From Tubiluchus corallicola (lineage: Eukaryota > Animalia > Priapulida): a stretch of DNA of 27,579 bases. Of this stretch, positions 1 to 11,222 are shown in pieces (positions within the stretch are counted from its first letter, which is position 1; each line of letters opens with the position of its first letter). Under the pieces are notes generated by a model, which saw only the letters and a list, made by a program, of their open reading frames with translations, ran no database searches and had not been told where the DNA came from. The position numbers were made by a program, and so were the translations under genes. Where the stretch lies: assembly GCA_030141605.1 (NCBI GenBank), contig JAQGDQ010000977.1, positions 1-27,579 on the forward strand, given 5' to 3'.

Positions 1-146
1 TTTATTACTAGAAGAGTAGAAACCCTAGCTTGATTAGTTAATTATGTAAATCTAACAACGCAGTATTGTAAATTACGCCACGCAGGTAAATCATTGATAA
101 TGTTTCCAATGTGCGTCAAATCTTCTCTGTTGTTCGTTTCTTTATA

Positions 147-485
147 CAGTCAAACCTCGTTAAACCGGACTAATGGGGGGGGGGTATGGTTTAGCCGATT
201 GTCCGATTTATCCGATATGCCTATATATGGTCTATATTATACAGGCATAATCACCTTAATAAGGTCTATATACATTGCACTATATACATTGCACTATATT
301 CTATACTGTATATTACTTTAAAATAGTCAACCTGTGAGGATAAAGAAATTATTGTACAGCTGGTAGGCCATGTTGTGTTTAGCGCTCCGGCTCGGGCGGA
401 AATCGGTCAGTTTCCTTTACCACGGATGACGTCCGTCTTATCCGATATCCGGGCTAACGGGGTCCGGTTTAACGAGGGTCGACTG
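147..485 (+). mobile_element. Tc1/mariner(pogo)-like MITE, family A, copy 1
   Basis: TIRs CAGTCAAACCTCGTTAAACCGGAC ... GTCCGGTTTAACGAGGGTCGACTG; TA on the left, TG on the right; other copies at 8120-8459 and 21095-21425. Confidence 0.85.
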
Positions 486-670
486 TGTGTTGGTATGTAA
501 GAGTTACCAATAAGTGTAATAGTTTGTTTTTTTCACTCTCTGAAAAGAAATTTACTTGTGCGCTGCCTTGTTCTCGATCGTGTCATGTGACTTTGTTAAA
601 CTCGAGTGTAGAAGATTTGTGATATAGTTCGATCATGTTTTAAAACGTTCCAGTCATTAAATCTCGTGAT

Positions 671-676
671 AATAAA
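671..676 (+). promoter_or_regulatory. Polyadenylation signal (AATAAA) of the upstream HSP60 3' UTR copy
   Basis: AATAAA followed by a T/GT-rich tract; equivalent to 8645-8650 downstream of the HSP60 stop. Confidence 0.55.
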
Positions 677-770
677 CGTTTCTTTGTTTCTGAACAAACT
701 TGTTCTGCTTGTTTTTTAAGTCAAACACCGTGTTGACTGTTGACGATTTAGTGCACACGAATACAGCTAT

Positions 771-1208
771 TGTTGGCATCCTTCTGTCTCGGAAGACAAT
801 GGAGTGTTCGCCAAGAGAGTCAGTTATTCATCACATTGATGGAGCTGCAGCGTCGACTGTGGCTGAGCAGTGCGATCCTTGAACGTCTCCAGGGCGCACG
901 CCTGGGCAAAGTGTATGGAGATCCTGAGTTGCTGAAACAACAGGAACCCCCTCTCTTCCTCCCTAGTGTAGTCCAAAGGAAAGCGGAGCGATACGTTTGG
1001 CACCAGGTTGGCTGCTGGAGTCAGTGAGCATGCTGCACTGGTCCGCCTTCGGGGCTCCACTCCTGATTTGGAAGGTTTACTCGTCTACACATGGCCGTTG
1101 GATCACTTGACCTCCTCCGCCCTCTAGCCATTGGCTGCTTGTGCAGCTCCTCCGCCTAGTGTCGAAATACAGTGTGGGCATCCCGCTATATGTATATATG
1201 TACACATA
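771..1208 (+). mobile_element. Retroposon-like insertion (SINE or truncated LINE) with 12-bp target-site duplication
   Basis: GC-richer 438-bp block flanked by GAATACAGCTAT at 759-770 and 1209-1220, ending in a TATATG-type simple tail; family not identified. Confidence 0.7.
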
Positions 1209-1540
1209 GAATACAGCTATATGCATTTATAAAACTAAATATCGTCTCTTTCCAACGTTCTTTAATAATGCAGTCCATCCTAGTAATCAGAAATGTACAG
1301 CCAAAATGAATGAGTTTGTCATTAATTTCAATGGAACATATGTGGGACGGGAATTCATTGCAAATTTCGTTGCAAATTTTGGTACAAAGCTTTGGAACGA
1401 CGTAAATGATGATGTCAGGATGCTAGAGTTGTCGCTGGGCTGTTTAGGGGAGAGCCAACAACCCACATTGGCAGGTTTATCAGACTGTTTTTGTAGTTGC
1501 GATGTTCGTGTTAAGCATATGAAATCAATGGATGAAAACA

Positions 1541-1776
1541 TGGTCTAACTTTGCAATCTGTATTTTACTCAAAATCATAATCTCATAGTCAATTCACATT
1601 GGTTTAACTTTGCGATCTGTATTTTACTCAAAATCATAGTCTCATAGTCAATCCACATTGGTTTAACTTTGCAATCTGTATTTTACTCAAAATCATAGTC
1701 TCATAGTCAATCCACATTGGTTTAACTTTGCGATCTGTATTTTACTCAAAATCATAATCTCATAGTCAATCCACAT
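1541..1776. repeat. 59-bp minisatellite, 4 copies
   Basis: Unit TTGGTTTAACTTTGC(A/G)ATCTGTATTTTACTCAAAATCATAGTCTCATAGTCAATCCACA; same array as 9515-11222. Confidence 0.95.
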
Positions 1777-1970
1777 ATACACAAAAATGGTAAACATAAT
1801 CAACAGTAGTAAACAAAAGTCAAGGTAAATCCATCAGCCAATATATCATGGCACCTGAGTCAAAACGTTATTATAACCTCACAACTGTTTAAGCCTATTG
1901 CTTGTCCTCTCATCTTGCTACCAAGTGTGAAAAACTACAACATTCACAGAGAAGCCAAGTAACCCAGTTC

Positions 1971-2594
1971 CATACAAAATTTTTAGCAGCAAATTGGTCA
2001 ACTGACAAATTGAAATAATCTTTTGCTACATATGATGGTAGCTAATAGCCAAAGAAGTCTTAACTTAAATACATTTAGTTTAAAGCTGTTATATTATTAT
2101 CACATTCAGTACAATAGTATAGTAAATACGAGGCGACTATCAACATTGTTACTTAGCAGCTCTTTATCAACATTCAAGTCAAAATTAAAAAAACATTTAA
2201 TGACTCGTTTTGAATATCCGACATACGAACACGATGATACTTATTAAAATCATAATTTCATTTTTCCTAGACCTTACTAAACTAGTTTATATTTTATTTT
2301 TGAATTTCTAGTTGCTCTTATAGTTTAGCTTGCACCAGACGCATTTGCCCAGAACAGTGTATGTTTTTATATGAACTAACACTGATTGTCTGTCTTTTAA
2401 TATGATGGTCAATGTTTTTAAAATGGCAAATCAAGATTTTACTACTACTACTTCATACTGTAATAAATTATTGTTTCATACACTATCGTTATCATAAAAG
2501 AATAATTGTACTGCAGTGGGCTAGAGAAGCAAAGGCTTGATAAGCCCACTGTCATGTGAACCCGATAAAAAAAAGAATGGATGAGTGAACAAAA
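1971..2594 (-). repeat. Inverted copy of 11596-12337 at the duplication junction
   Basis: Reverse-complement match throughout; ORF 2023..2247(+) mirrors 12031..12285(-). Confidence 0.95.
2140..2452 (+). mobile_element. 3' end of a CR1/L2-type LINE with (ACT)n tail; start approximate
   Basis: Encodes SSLSTFKSKLKKHL, resembling the C-terminal motif of CR1/L2 ORF2, followed by a 3' UTR and a short tandem tail (ACT)4. Confidence 0.6.
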
Positions 2595-3744
2595 AAAATG
2601 GCAAACAATGAAACACAAATATTCCTGTAACAAAACAATGGCAAACAATGAAACACAAATATTCCTGTAACAAAACAATGGCAAACAATGAAACACAAAT
2701 ATTCCTGTAACAAAACAATGGCAAACAATGAAACACAAATATTCCTGTAACAAAACAATGGCAAACAATGAAACACAAATATTTCTGTAACAAAACAGTG
2801 GCAAACAATGAAACACAAATATTCCTGTAACAAAACAATGGCAAACAATGAAACACAAATATTCCTGTAACAAAACAATGGCAAACAATGAAACACAAAT
2901 ATTTCTGTAACAAAACAATGGCAAACAATGAAACACAAATATTTCTGTAACAAAACAATGGCAAAAAATGAAACACAAATATTCCTGTAACAAAACAATG
3001 GCAAAAAATGAAACACAAATATTCCTGTAACAAAACAATGGCAAACAATGAAACAAATATTCCTGTAACAAAACAATGGCAAAAAATGAAACAAATATTC
3101 CTGTAACAAAACAATGGCAAACAATGAAACACAAATATTCCTGTAACAAAACAATGGCAAAAAATGAAACACAAATATTCCTGTAACAAAACAATGGCAA
3201 ACAATGAAACACAAATATTCCTGTAACAAAACAATGGCAAACAATGAAACACAAATATTCCTGTAACAAAACAATGGCAAACAATGAAACACAAATATTC
3301 CTGTAACAAAACAATGGCAAACGATGAAACACAAATATTCCTGTAACAAAACAGTGGCAAAAAATGAAACACAAATATTCCTGTAACAAAACAATGGCAA
3401 ACAATGAAACACAAATATTTCTGTAACAAAACAATGGCAAACAATGAAACACAAATATTCCTGTAACAAAACAGTGGCAAAAAATGAAACACAAATATTC
3501 CTGTAACAAAACAATGGCAAAAAATGAAACACAAATATTCCTGTAACAAAACAATGGCAAAAAATGAAACACAAATATTCCTGTAACAAAACAATGGCAA
3601 ACAATGAAACACAAATATTCCTGTAACAAAACAATGGCAAACAATGAAACACAAATATTCCTGTAACAAAACAATGGCAAACAATGAAACACAAATATTT
3701 CTGTAACAAAACAATGGCAAACAACGAAACACAAATATTCCTGT
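2588..3744. repeat. 40-bp minisatellite, ~29 copies
   Basis: Unit AACAAAACAATGGCAAACAATGAAACACAAATATTCCTGT; two units carry a 2-bp deletion near 3050-3095. Confidence 0.97.
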
Positions 3745-3992
3745 TTTTCACACACCGATTCCCAGTGGTGTAGTGAGTGCTTGTGGTGCCCCGGGGTAAA
3801 AAAACTTCTGGGGTCCCATCCTGTTAAGGTTTGGCGCGCATTATTTGCGTTCCTGAGCATTTTCGACAAGATGCGATGAAGATAAATGAGTCGAATTCAC
3901 GTGCCAATATTTTAGCACAGAGTTTTAGTTTACAACAAAAATTTGCACAAATATCTGGAGATGTGGTGAGTGTACCCGTTTGTTCTAATTTT

Positions 3993-4453
3993 CAGGGATG
4001 AGACTTTCGCGCAGATACGCGGAATTGCGAGTTTTTGGAAGACCAGTAGTGCCATTTTTGTAAATCGCGTAAATTCGTTGAGAAAATTTTTATGGACCCA
4101 GTACATTATTTCACAAGCTGACCGCTAGTTGGCAGGCCGTCACTTTGTTTACATTACGTACATCATTGTAACCACGTGTATATCTCTATGTATAAAAATA
4201 TAGAATCAATTGTGCGGAGTTATTTGAGTCAATTGCAGACAGTTTTTATATACTTTTGCATAAGAGCGGCCAGTACTTAGGCGTTTTTGAGACAATTAGG
4301 TATCATGTATCCTTGATAGTTGAGTATTTTAAATTATGCATGAGACAAGGTAATTGATATTTTAAGTCCACTTAGAGGTTCTCTATGGCATATGCGGCCC
4401 CCAAAGCCCTGGCCTGTTTCAGAGTATTTTGCAATTTGTCATTCTCATCCCTG
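3993..4453. mobile_element. hAT-like MITE (CAGGGATGAGA termini)
   Basis: 11-bp TIRs CAGGGATGAGA / TCTCATCCCTG; no 8-bp TSD, but flanked by a 76-bp direct repeat (3887-3962, 4456-4531). Confidence 0.6.
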
Positions 4454-4582
4454 CCTGAGTCGAATTCACGAGCCAATATTTTAGCACGGAGTTTTAGTTT
4501 ACAACAAAAATTTGCACAAATATCTGGAGATTCGGGTGTTTGCAATTTATTCGTTAACCGATTATAAATAAAACGATTGCAG

Positions 4583-4761
4583 GTATTGAAATAGTGAGAA
4601 AATCTTTGAGAATTCCGGCGCTGACAATCGCTCAGAACGCGGGAGTCGACGGTTCTCTCGTCGTGCAGCACATCATCGATGCCGAACCTAAAACCGGCTA
4701 CGACGCTCTACGGAATGAATACGTTGACATGATCGCCAAGGGCATCATTGACCCAACAAAG
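4583..4761 (+). CDS. HSPD1: Mitochondrial chaperonin HSP60, penultimate coding exon (possibly part of an orphan partial duplicate)
   Basis: ttgcag acceptor and gtatga donor; 179 bp encoding (G)IEIVRKSLRIPALTIAQNAGVDGSLVVQHIIDAEPKTGYDALRNEYVDMIAKGIIDPTK, the GroEL/HSP60 NAG...GYDA...GIIDPTK region. Confidence 0.95.
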
Positions 4762-4943
4762 GTATGAAATGTTTTCTTTATCTGGGTGTGGCACCTACGG
4801 GCTTCCACTTGTAAGTAAGGGGCGACGATAAAATTCTTCTGTTTTCGTCTTATGACCCGGGGTAATTTTTGCTTATCGCACGCCCGGCCGGGAATACTAT
4901 AATTTTTTTGTACAAACCAATTTTATTACAGGCAATAAAAACG

Positions 4944-5146
4944 TAGTCAAAACAACGCAACTTTATTAAAAACTTTTACATTAAAAAGTTAAAATTTAAA
5001 ATCATGCCAAACGTTTCGACTAGCTGCTGCTGCTGTGAATTTACTACTGATGATGACAACAGCAGCTAGTCTATACGTTTGGCACGATTCTACTTTTAAC
5101 TTTTTAATGTAAACATTTTTAATAAGGTTGCATTGCTTTTAACTGT
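4944..5146. mobile_element. ~200-bp palindrome resembling a Penelope-like retroelement inverted end, with degenerate hammerhead core
   Basis: Imperfect inverted arms ~85 bp; CTGATGA at 5047-5053 then GAC...GTC; the opposite arm reads GTCGAAACGTTT on the - strand. Confidence 0.55.
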
Positions 5147-5259
5147 AAATGTTTTTTGTACATTCATACACTTACCTGATAGAGTCATATAAGAGCGTAT
5201 TTTTTAATTTAAATTGGAAAACGCAATAATTATTGTAACATCTCTTGTATGGCTTAGCC

Positions 5260-5740
5260 CACGGGTGTGCAAATTGTCAGATTAGCCCGGCCACATTAAA
5301 CTTTCTCGCAATTCCTGCGGGCCACAGGCAGTTTGGTCAAGGAGCCAAGTACAGAAAGGCCTAATAACGATTTTTTGCATCCGACCTGCGTACATCATTA
5401 CTACTACACTCAAGAATCTATTTTAGAAGTTATTAAAATTTATATTACAAACCGTATATTTCTAAATTCAGGACATATAGTGGTATTTTCATTACAATGC
5501 ATATTAGTAATGTGTATCACACAGTCTGTGTAGTACAGTGACATTAAGCTACAACCGTCTTGTAAGGGTTAATGGCATCCGGTCTAGTAGAAAAAACTAC
5601 CCGCACTATCTTTGGGATCGTGGCACGGACTTCAGCTGGATACACTCAATTAATCGTCCGGGCCGCACTTTCATTAGGTTGACAAATCTCTTCGCGGGCC
5701 GCACAAATTCTCTCGGCGGGCCTCAATTTGCACACCCCTG
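5260..5740 (+). mobile_element. hAT (Buster-type target site) MITE, family B, copy 1
   Basis: 16-bp TIRs CA(C)GGGTGTGCAAATT / AATTTGCACACCCCTG; perfect 8-bp TSD GCTTAGCC (5252-5259, 5741-5748); copies at 19191-19649 and 23229-23711. Confidence 0.92.
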
Positions 5741-6033
5741 GCTTAGCCAGTGTTGCCATTTTATACAATGTTGATTATCGTATTGGAGGTTAAACAGTAT
5801 TTTAATTTCCACCAAATGAGCATATTAACAGCCAAACAGCCAAAATAACAGTTTCTGCTTGATTTTTTCCTTCATATTAGTAGAAGAATTCACTCTTAAA
5901 TCACACTGGTACAAACTAATTGGTAAAAATACTTTTGGCAAGAAACTTTTTCAGAAACTCCATTGATTCTGGTAGCCATTTTCTTGACATTCAATTTGTA
6001 TCTTCCTAAATGCATATTTTTGTGATACAGTTA

Positions 6034-6292
6034 TGTAATATCAAGCTAGCATTTGTAATATCAAGTTAGCATTTGTAATATCAAGTTAGCATTTGTAGTA
6101 TCAAGTTACATTTGCAATATCAAGTTAGCATTTGTAGTATAAAACTAGCATTTGCAATATCAGGTTAGCATTTGTAGTATCAAGCTAGCATTTGCAATAT
6201 CAAGTTAGCATTTGTAGTATCAAGTTAGCATTTGCAATATCAGGTTAGCATTTGTAGTATCAAACTAGCATTTGCAATATCAAGTTAGCATT
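6034..6292. repeat. 20-bp minisatellite, ~13 copies
   Basis: Unit TGTAATATCAAGTTAGCATT with alternating TGTAGT/TGCAAT variants. Confidence 0.9.
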
Positions 6293-6672
6293 ATGATAAT
6301 TGACTAGACTTGAGTAGGTTTTCTGCATATGATGATATTACCTTGATTTAGGAAGTGCCGTTTGATCGACACCTGAGAAAGCAAGGATATCTGATGCACT
6401 TATGCGAAATTTTCAGCTAATACAGCAAATAAAATAATAGATTTGTGCAGGGCTCGATGACCTTTCTTAGGCCCCTAGGTTAATGAATTTACGGGAACCC
6501 CCTTAGATGAGTCATCCTCTAACTCGCTTGCACTCATGATTGCAAATTCTTTCAATAAATTAACGGGGCTGTCTTTTGTTTGTCAATAACAATTTTCTTT
6601 AAGAAGTACCACTATTCTACTATTCTTTGCAAATCAAATTAGCACGTATTTCAACACAACCATAGTGAAAAA

Positions 6673-7293
6673 CAGCGTACTGGATAATCCAACCCCAGCG
6701 TACTGGATAATCCAACCCCAGCGTACTGGATAATCCAACCCCAGCGTACTGGATAATCCAACCCCAGCGTACTGGATAATCCAACCCCAGCGTACTGGAT
6801 AATCCAACCCCGGCGTACTGGATAATCCAACCCCAGCGTACTGGATAATCCAGCCCCAGCGTACGGGATAATCCAACCCCAGCATACTGGATAATCCAAC
6901 CCCAGCGTACTGGATAATCCAACCCCAGCATACTGGATAATCCAACCCCAGCGTACTGGATAATCCAACCCCAGCGTACTGGATAATCCAACCCCGGCGT
7001 ACTGGATAATCCAACCCCAGCGTACTGGATAATCCAGCCCCAGCGTACGGGATAATCCAACCCCAGCATACTGGATAATCCAACCCCAGCGTACTGGATA
7101 ATCCAACCCCAGCATACTGGATAATCCAACCCCAGCGTACTGGATAATCCAACCCCAGCGTACTGGATAATCCAACCCCGGCGTACTGGATAATCCAACC
7201 CCAGCGTACTGGATAATCCAGCCCCAGCGTACGGGATAATCCAACCCCAGCATACTGGATAATCCAACCCCAGCGTACTGGATAATCCAACCC
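6673..7293. repeat. 23-bp minisatellite, 27 copies, with 184-bp higher-order repeat
   Basis: Unit CAGCGTACTGGATAATCCAACCC; the CGGCG variant recurs at 6811, 6995 and 7179. Confidence 0.95.
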
Positions 7294-7520
7294 TGGTTTT
7301 GTGTAACTTAAGGCACAAGAAAACCCTCCACTTACATAAAGCTTAAAAATTTGTGTTGGTATTTTATGCCGCTTACCGCCTTTTTGCGCTCACAATTCGC
7401 AACATGTAACTTTTTGTAGCGAGCATAGCGTGATTTAAGCGGTAAACAAAACATTTACGTGTTAAACATGTTTGTTTTGAAAATTTATTTACATCGTCGC
7501 TGTACCGTTGTTTATTGTAG

Positions 7521-7682
7521 GTTGTGCGTACCTCGCTGGTCGACGCTTCTGGTGTGGCTTCGCTGTTGACGACGGCGGAGTGCGTAGTAACAGAAATTCC
7601 AAAAGAGGACAAAGACATGGCCGGAATGGGCGGCATGGGAGGCGGGATGGGCGGAATGGGCGGCATGGGTGGAATGATGTAG
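7521..7682 (+). CDS. HSPD1: Mitochondrial chaperonin HSP60, terminal coding exon
   Basis: tttattgtag acceptor, in frame with the previous exon; [53 protein letters not shown] with the diagnostic GGM tail; TAG at 7680-7682. Confidence 0.96.
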   Translation, partial: VVRTSLVDASGVASLLTTAECVVTEIPKEDKDMAGMGGMGGGMGGMGGMGGMM

Positions 7683-8119
7683 TGAAGAGAAACTATAGAA
7701 AATTTTGTAGATTTCTTTTGAGTTTTGTCGAGTCGAGCGCAGCAGCTGCTTGTTTGATTACTGTTTTTGGTGATTGTCGTTCGTTTGCGCCGTTTTCAAC
7801 CAGGTCGTACCTGTCCTCTTGTCTTTTTTTGTCTTTGGTAATTGTGTTACCTGTAAACGACTTCGTTTGAAAGCAGTTAAGACAAGCAGCTGCTGTGGAA
7901 CTCCCGATGTAAAGACGAAGTCGATGTTTAACTTGTTAGGAAATGTAAGATTCTTTTTTTTACGTAGTAAAGTTTTTATTACTAGAGAGTAGAAACCCTA
8001 GCTTGATTAGTTAATTATGTAAACCCAACAACGCAGTATTGTAAATTACGCCACGCAGGTAAATCATTGATAATGTTTCCAATGTGCGTCAAATCTTCTC
8101 TGTTGTTCGTTTCTTTATA

Positions 8120-8459
8120 CAGTCAACCCTCGTTAAACCGGACTAATGGGGGGGGGGTATGGTTTAGCCGATTGTCCGATTTATCCGATATGCCTATATA
8201 TGGTCTATATTATACAGGTCTATATTATACAGGCATAATCACCTTAATAAGGCCTATATACATTACACTATATACTATACTGTATATTACTTTAAAATAG
8301 TCAACCTGTGAGGATAAAGAAATTATTGTACAGCTGGTAGGCCGTGTTGTGTTTAGCGCTCCGGCTCGGGCGGAAATCGGTCAGTTTCCTTTACCACGGA
8401 TGACGTCCGTCTTATCCGATATCCGGGCTAACGGGGTCCGGTTTAACGAGGGTCGACTG
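8120..8459 (+). mobile_element. Tc1/mariner(pogo)-like MITE, family A, copy 2 (in the predicted HSP60 3' UTR)
   Basis: TIRs CAGTCAACCCTCGTTAAACCGGAC / GTCCGGTTTAACGAGGGTCGACTG; same insertion site as 147-485. Confidence 0.85.
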
Positions 8460-8644
8460 TGTGTTGGTATGTAAGAGTTACCAATAAGTGTAATAGTTTG
8501 TTTTTTTCACTCTCTGAAAAGAAATTTACTTGTGCGCTGCCTTGTTCTCGATCGTGTCATGTGACTTTGTTAAACTCGAGTGTAGAAGATTTGTGATATA
8601 GTTCGATCATGTTTTAAAACGTTCCAGTCATTAAATCTCGTGAT

Positions 8645-8650
8645 AATAAA
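8645..8650 (+). promoter_or_regulatory. Probable HSP60 polyadenylation signal
   Basis: First AATAAA I can see after the stop codon (ATTAAA at ~8630), followed by a T/GT-rich tract. Confidence 0.55.
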
Positions 8651-8744
8651 CGTTTCTTTGTTTCTGAACAAACTTGTTCTGCTTGTTTTTTAAGTCAAAC
8701 ACCGTGTTGACTGTTGACGATTTAGTGCACACGAATACAGCTAT

Positions 8745-9182
8745 TGTTGGCATCCTTCTGTCTCGGAAGACAATGGAGTGTTCGCCAAGAGAGTCAGTTA
8801 TTCATCACATTGATGGAGCTGCAGCGTCGACTGTGGCTGAGCAGTGCGATCCTTGAACGTCTCCAGGGCGCACGCCTGGGCAAAGTGTATGGAGATCCTG
8901 AGTTGCTGAAACAACAGGAACCCCCTCTCTTCCTCCCTAGTGTAGTCCAAAGGAAAGCGGAGGGATACGTTTGGCACCAGGTTGGCTGCCGGCGTCAGTG
9001 AGCATGCTGCACTGGTCCGCCTTCGGGGCTCCACTCCTGATTTGGAAGGTTTACTCGTCTACACATGGCCGTTGGATCACTTGACCTCCTCCGCCCTCTA
9101 GCCATTGGCTGCTTGTGCAGCTCCTCCGCCTAGTGTCGAAATACAGTGTGGGCATCCCGCTATATGTATATATGTACACATA
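8745..9182 (+). mobile_element. Retroposon-like insertion, duplicate of 771-1208
   Basis: TSD GAATACAGCTAT at 8733-8744 and 9183-9194. Confidence 0.7.
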
Positions 9183-9514
9183 GAATACAGCTATATGCAT
9201 TTATAAAACTAAATATCATCTCTTTCCAACGTTCTTTAATAATGCAGTCCATCCTAGTAATCAGAAATGTACAGCCAAAATGAATGAGTTTGTCATTAAT
9301 TTCAATGGAACATATGTGGGACGGGAATTCATTGCAAATTTCGTTGCAAATTTTGGTACAAAGCTTTGGAACGACGTAAATGATGATGTCAGGATGCTAG
9401 AGTTGTCGCTGGGCTGTTTAGGGGAGAGCCAACAACCCACATTGGCAGGTTTATCAGACTGTTTTTGTAGTTGCGATGTTCGTGTTAAGCATATGAAATC
9501 AATGGATGAAAACA

Positions 9515-11222
9515 TGGTTTAACTTTGCAATCTGTATTTTACTCAAAATCATAGTCTCATAGTCAATCCACATTGGTTTAACTTTGCGATCTGTATTTTA
9601 CTCAAAATCATAGTCTCATAGTCAATTCACATTGGTTTAACTTTGCGATCTGTATTTTACTCAAAATCATAGTCTCATAGTCAATCCACATTGGTTTAAC
9701 TTTGCAATCTGTATTTTACTCAAAATCATAGTCTCATAGTCAATCCACATTGGTTTAACTTTGCGATCTGTATTTTACTCAAAATCATAGTCTCATAGTC
9801 AATTCACATTGGTTTAACTTTGCGATCTGTATTTTACTCAAAATCATAGTCTCATAGTCAATCCACATTGGTTTAACTTTGCGATCTGTATTTTACTCAA
9901 AATCATAGTCTCATAGTCAATCCACATTGGTTTAACTTTGCGATCTGTATTTTACTCAAAATCATAGTCTCATAGTCAATCCACATTGGTTTAACTTTGC
10001 AATCTGTATTTTACTCAAAATCATAGTCTCATAGTCAATCCACATTGGTTTAACTTGCGATCTGTATTTTACTCAAAATCATAGTCTCATAGTCAATCCA
10101 CATTGGTTTAACTTTGCGATCTGTATTTTACTCAAAATCATAGTCTCATAGTCAATCCACATTGGTTTAACTTTGCGATCTGTATTTTACTCAAAATCAT
10201 AGTCTCATAGTCAATCCACATTGGTTTAACTTTGCACTGTATTTTACTCAAAATCATAGTCTCATAGTCAATCCACATTGGTTTAACTTTGCAATCTGTA
10301 TTTTACTCAAAATCATAGTCTCATAGTCAATCCACATTGGTTTAACTTTGCAATCTGTATTTTACTCAAAATCATAGTCTCATAGTCAATCCACATTGGT
10401 TTAACTTTGCAATCTGTATTTTACTCAAAATCATAGTCTCATAGTCAATCCACATTGGTTTAACTTTGCAATCTGTATTTTACTCAAAATCATAGTCTCA
10501 TAGTCAATCCACATTGGTTTAACTTTGCGATCTGTATTTTACTCAAAATCATAGTCTCATAGTCAATCCACATTGGTTTAACTTTGCAATCTGTATTTTA
10601 CTCAAAATCATAGTCTCATAGTCAATCCACATTGGTTTAACTTTGCGATCTGTATTTTACTCAAAATCATAGTCTCATAGTCAATCCACATTGGTTTAAC
10701 TTTGCAATCTGTATTTTACTCAAAATCATAATCTCATAGTCAATCCACATTGGTTTAACTTTGCAATCTGTATTTTACTCAAAATCATAGTCTCATAGTC
10801 AATCCACATTGGTTTAACTTTGCAATCTGTATTTTACTCAAAATCATAGTCTCATAGTCAATCCACATTGGTTTAACTTTGCAATCTGTATTTTACTCAA
10901 AATCATAATCTCATAGTCAATCCACATTGGTTTAACTTTGCGATCTGTATTTTACTCAAAATCATAGTCTCATAGTCAATCCACATTGGTTTAACTTTGC
11001 GATCTGTATTTTACTCAAAATCATAGTCTCATAGTCAATCCACATTGGTTTAACTTTGCGATCTGTATTTTACTCAAAATCATAGTCTCATAGTCAATCC
11101 ACATTGGTTTAACTTTGCGATCTGTATTTTACTCAAAATCATAATCTCATAGTCAATCCACATTGGTTTAACTTTGCGATCTGTATTTTACTCAAAATCA
11201 TAATCTCGTAGTCAATCCTCAT
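9515..11222. repeat. 59-bp minisatellite, ~29 copies
   Basis: Highly homogeneous tandem units; 1708 bp / 59. Confidence 0.97.

Larger units (their letters stand above)
1..1978 (+). repeat. Segmental duplication, upstream copy (HSP60 3' UTR and downstream flank); direct repeat of 7975-11424
   Basis: Near-identical to 7975-11424, including the MITE, AATAAA, retroposon insert and 59-bp array. It differs by scattered SNPs, small indels and array copy number. ORFs 94/8067, 700/8674, 770/8744 and 1306/9280 are duplicated. Confidence 0.97.

Noticed and set aside
2448-3869. Three overlapping 399-473 aa Cys/Phe-rich ORFs on the - strand
   Set aside because: They are translations of a stop-free 40-bp minisatellite cycling through all frames; there is no unique coding content.
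5538-5774. Recurring ORF 'SYNRLVRVNGIRSSRKNYPHYLW' (also 19036 and 23509)
   Set aside because: It lies inside three copies of a non-autonomous MITE, has non-ATG starts and shows no transposase motif.
6620-7318. Three ~200-230 aa repetitive ORFs on the - strand
   Set aside because: Artefact of the 23-bp tandem array.
7373-7870. ORFs 7373..7666(-) and 7508..7870(+)
   Set aside because: Antisense and off-frame shadows of the HSP60 terminal exon.
9515-11222. Regular arrays (23, 36, 40, 59 bp) as possible CRISPR arrays
   Set aside because: Units are head-to-tail with no unique spacers, there are no cas genes, and the context is eukaryotic.
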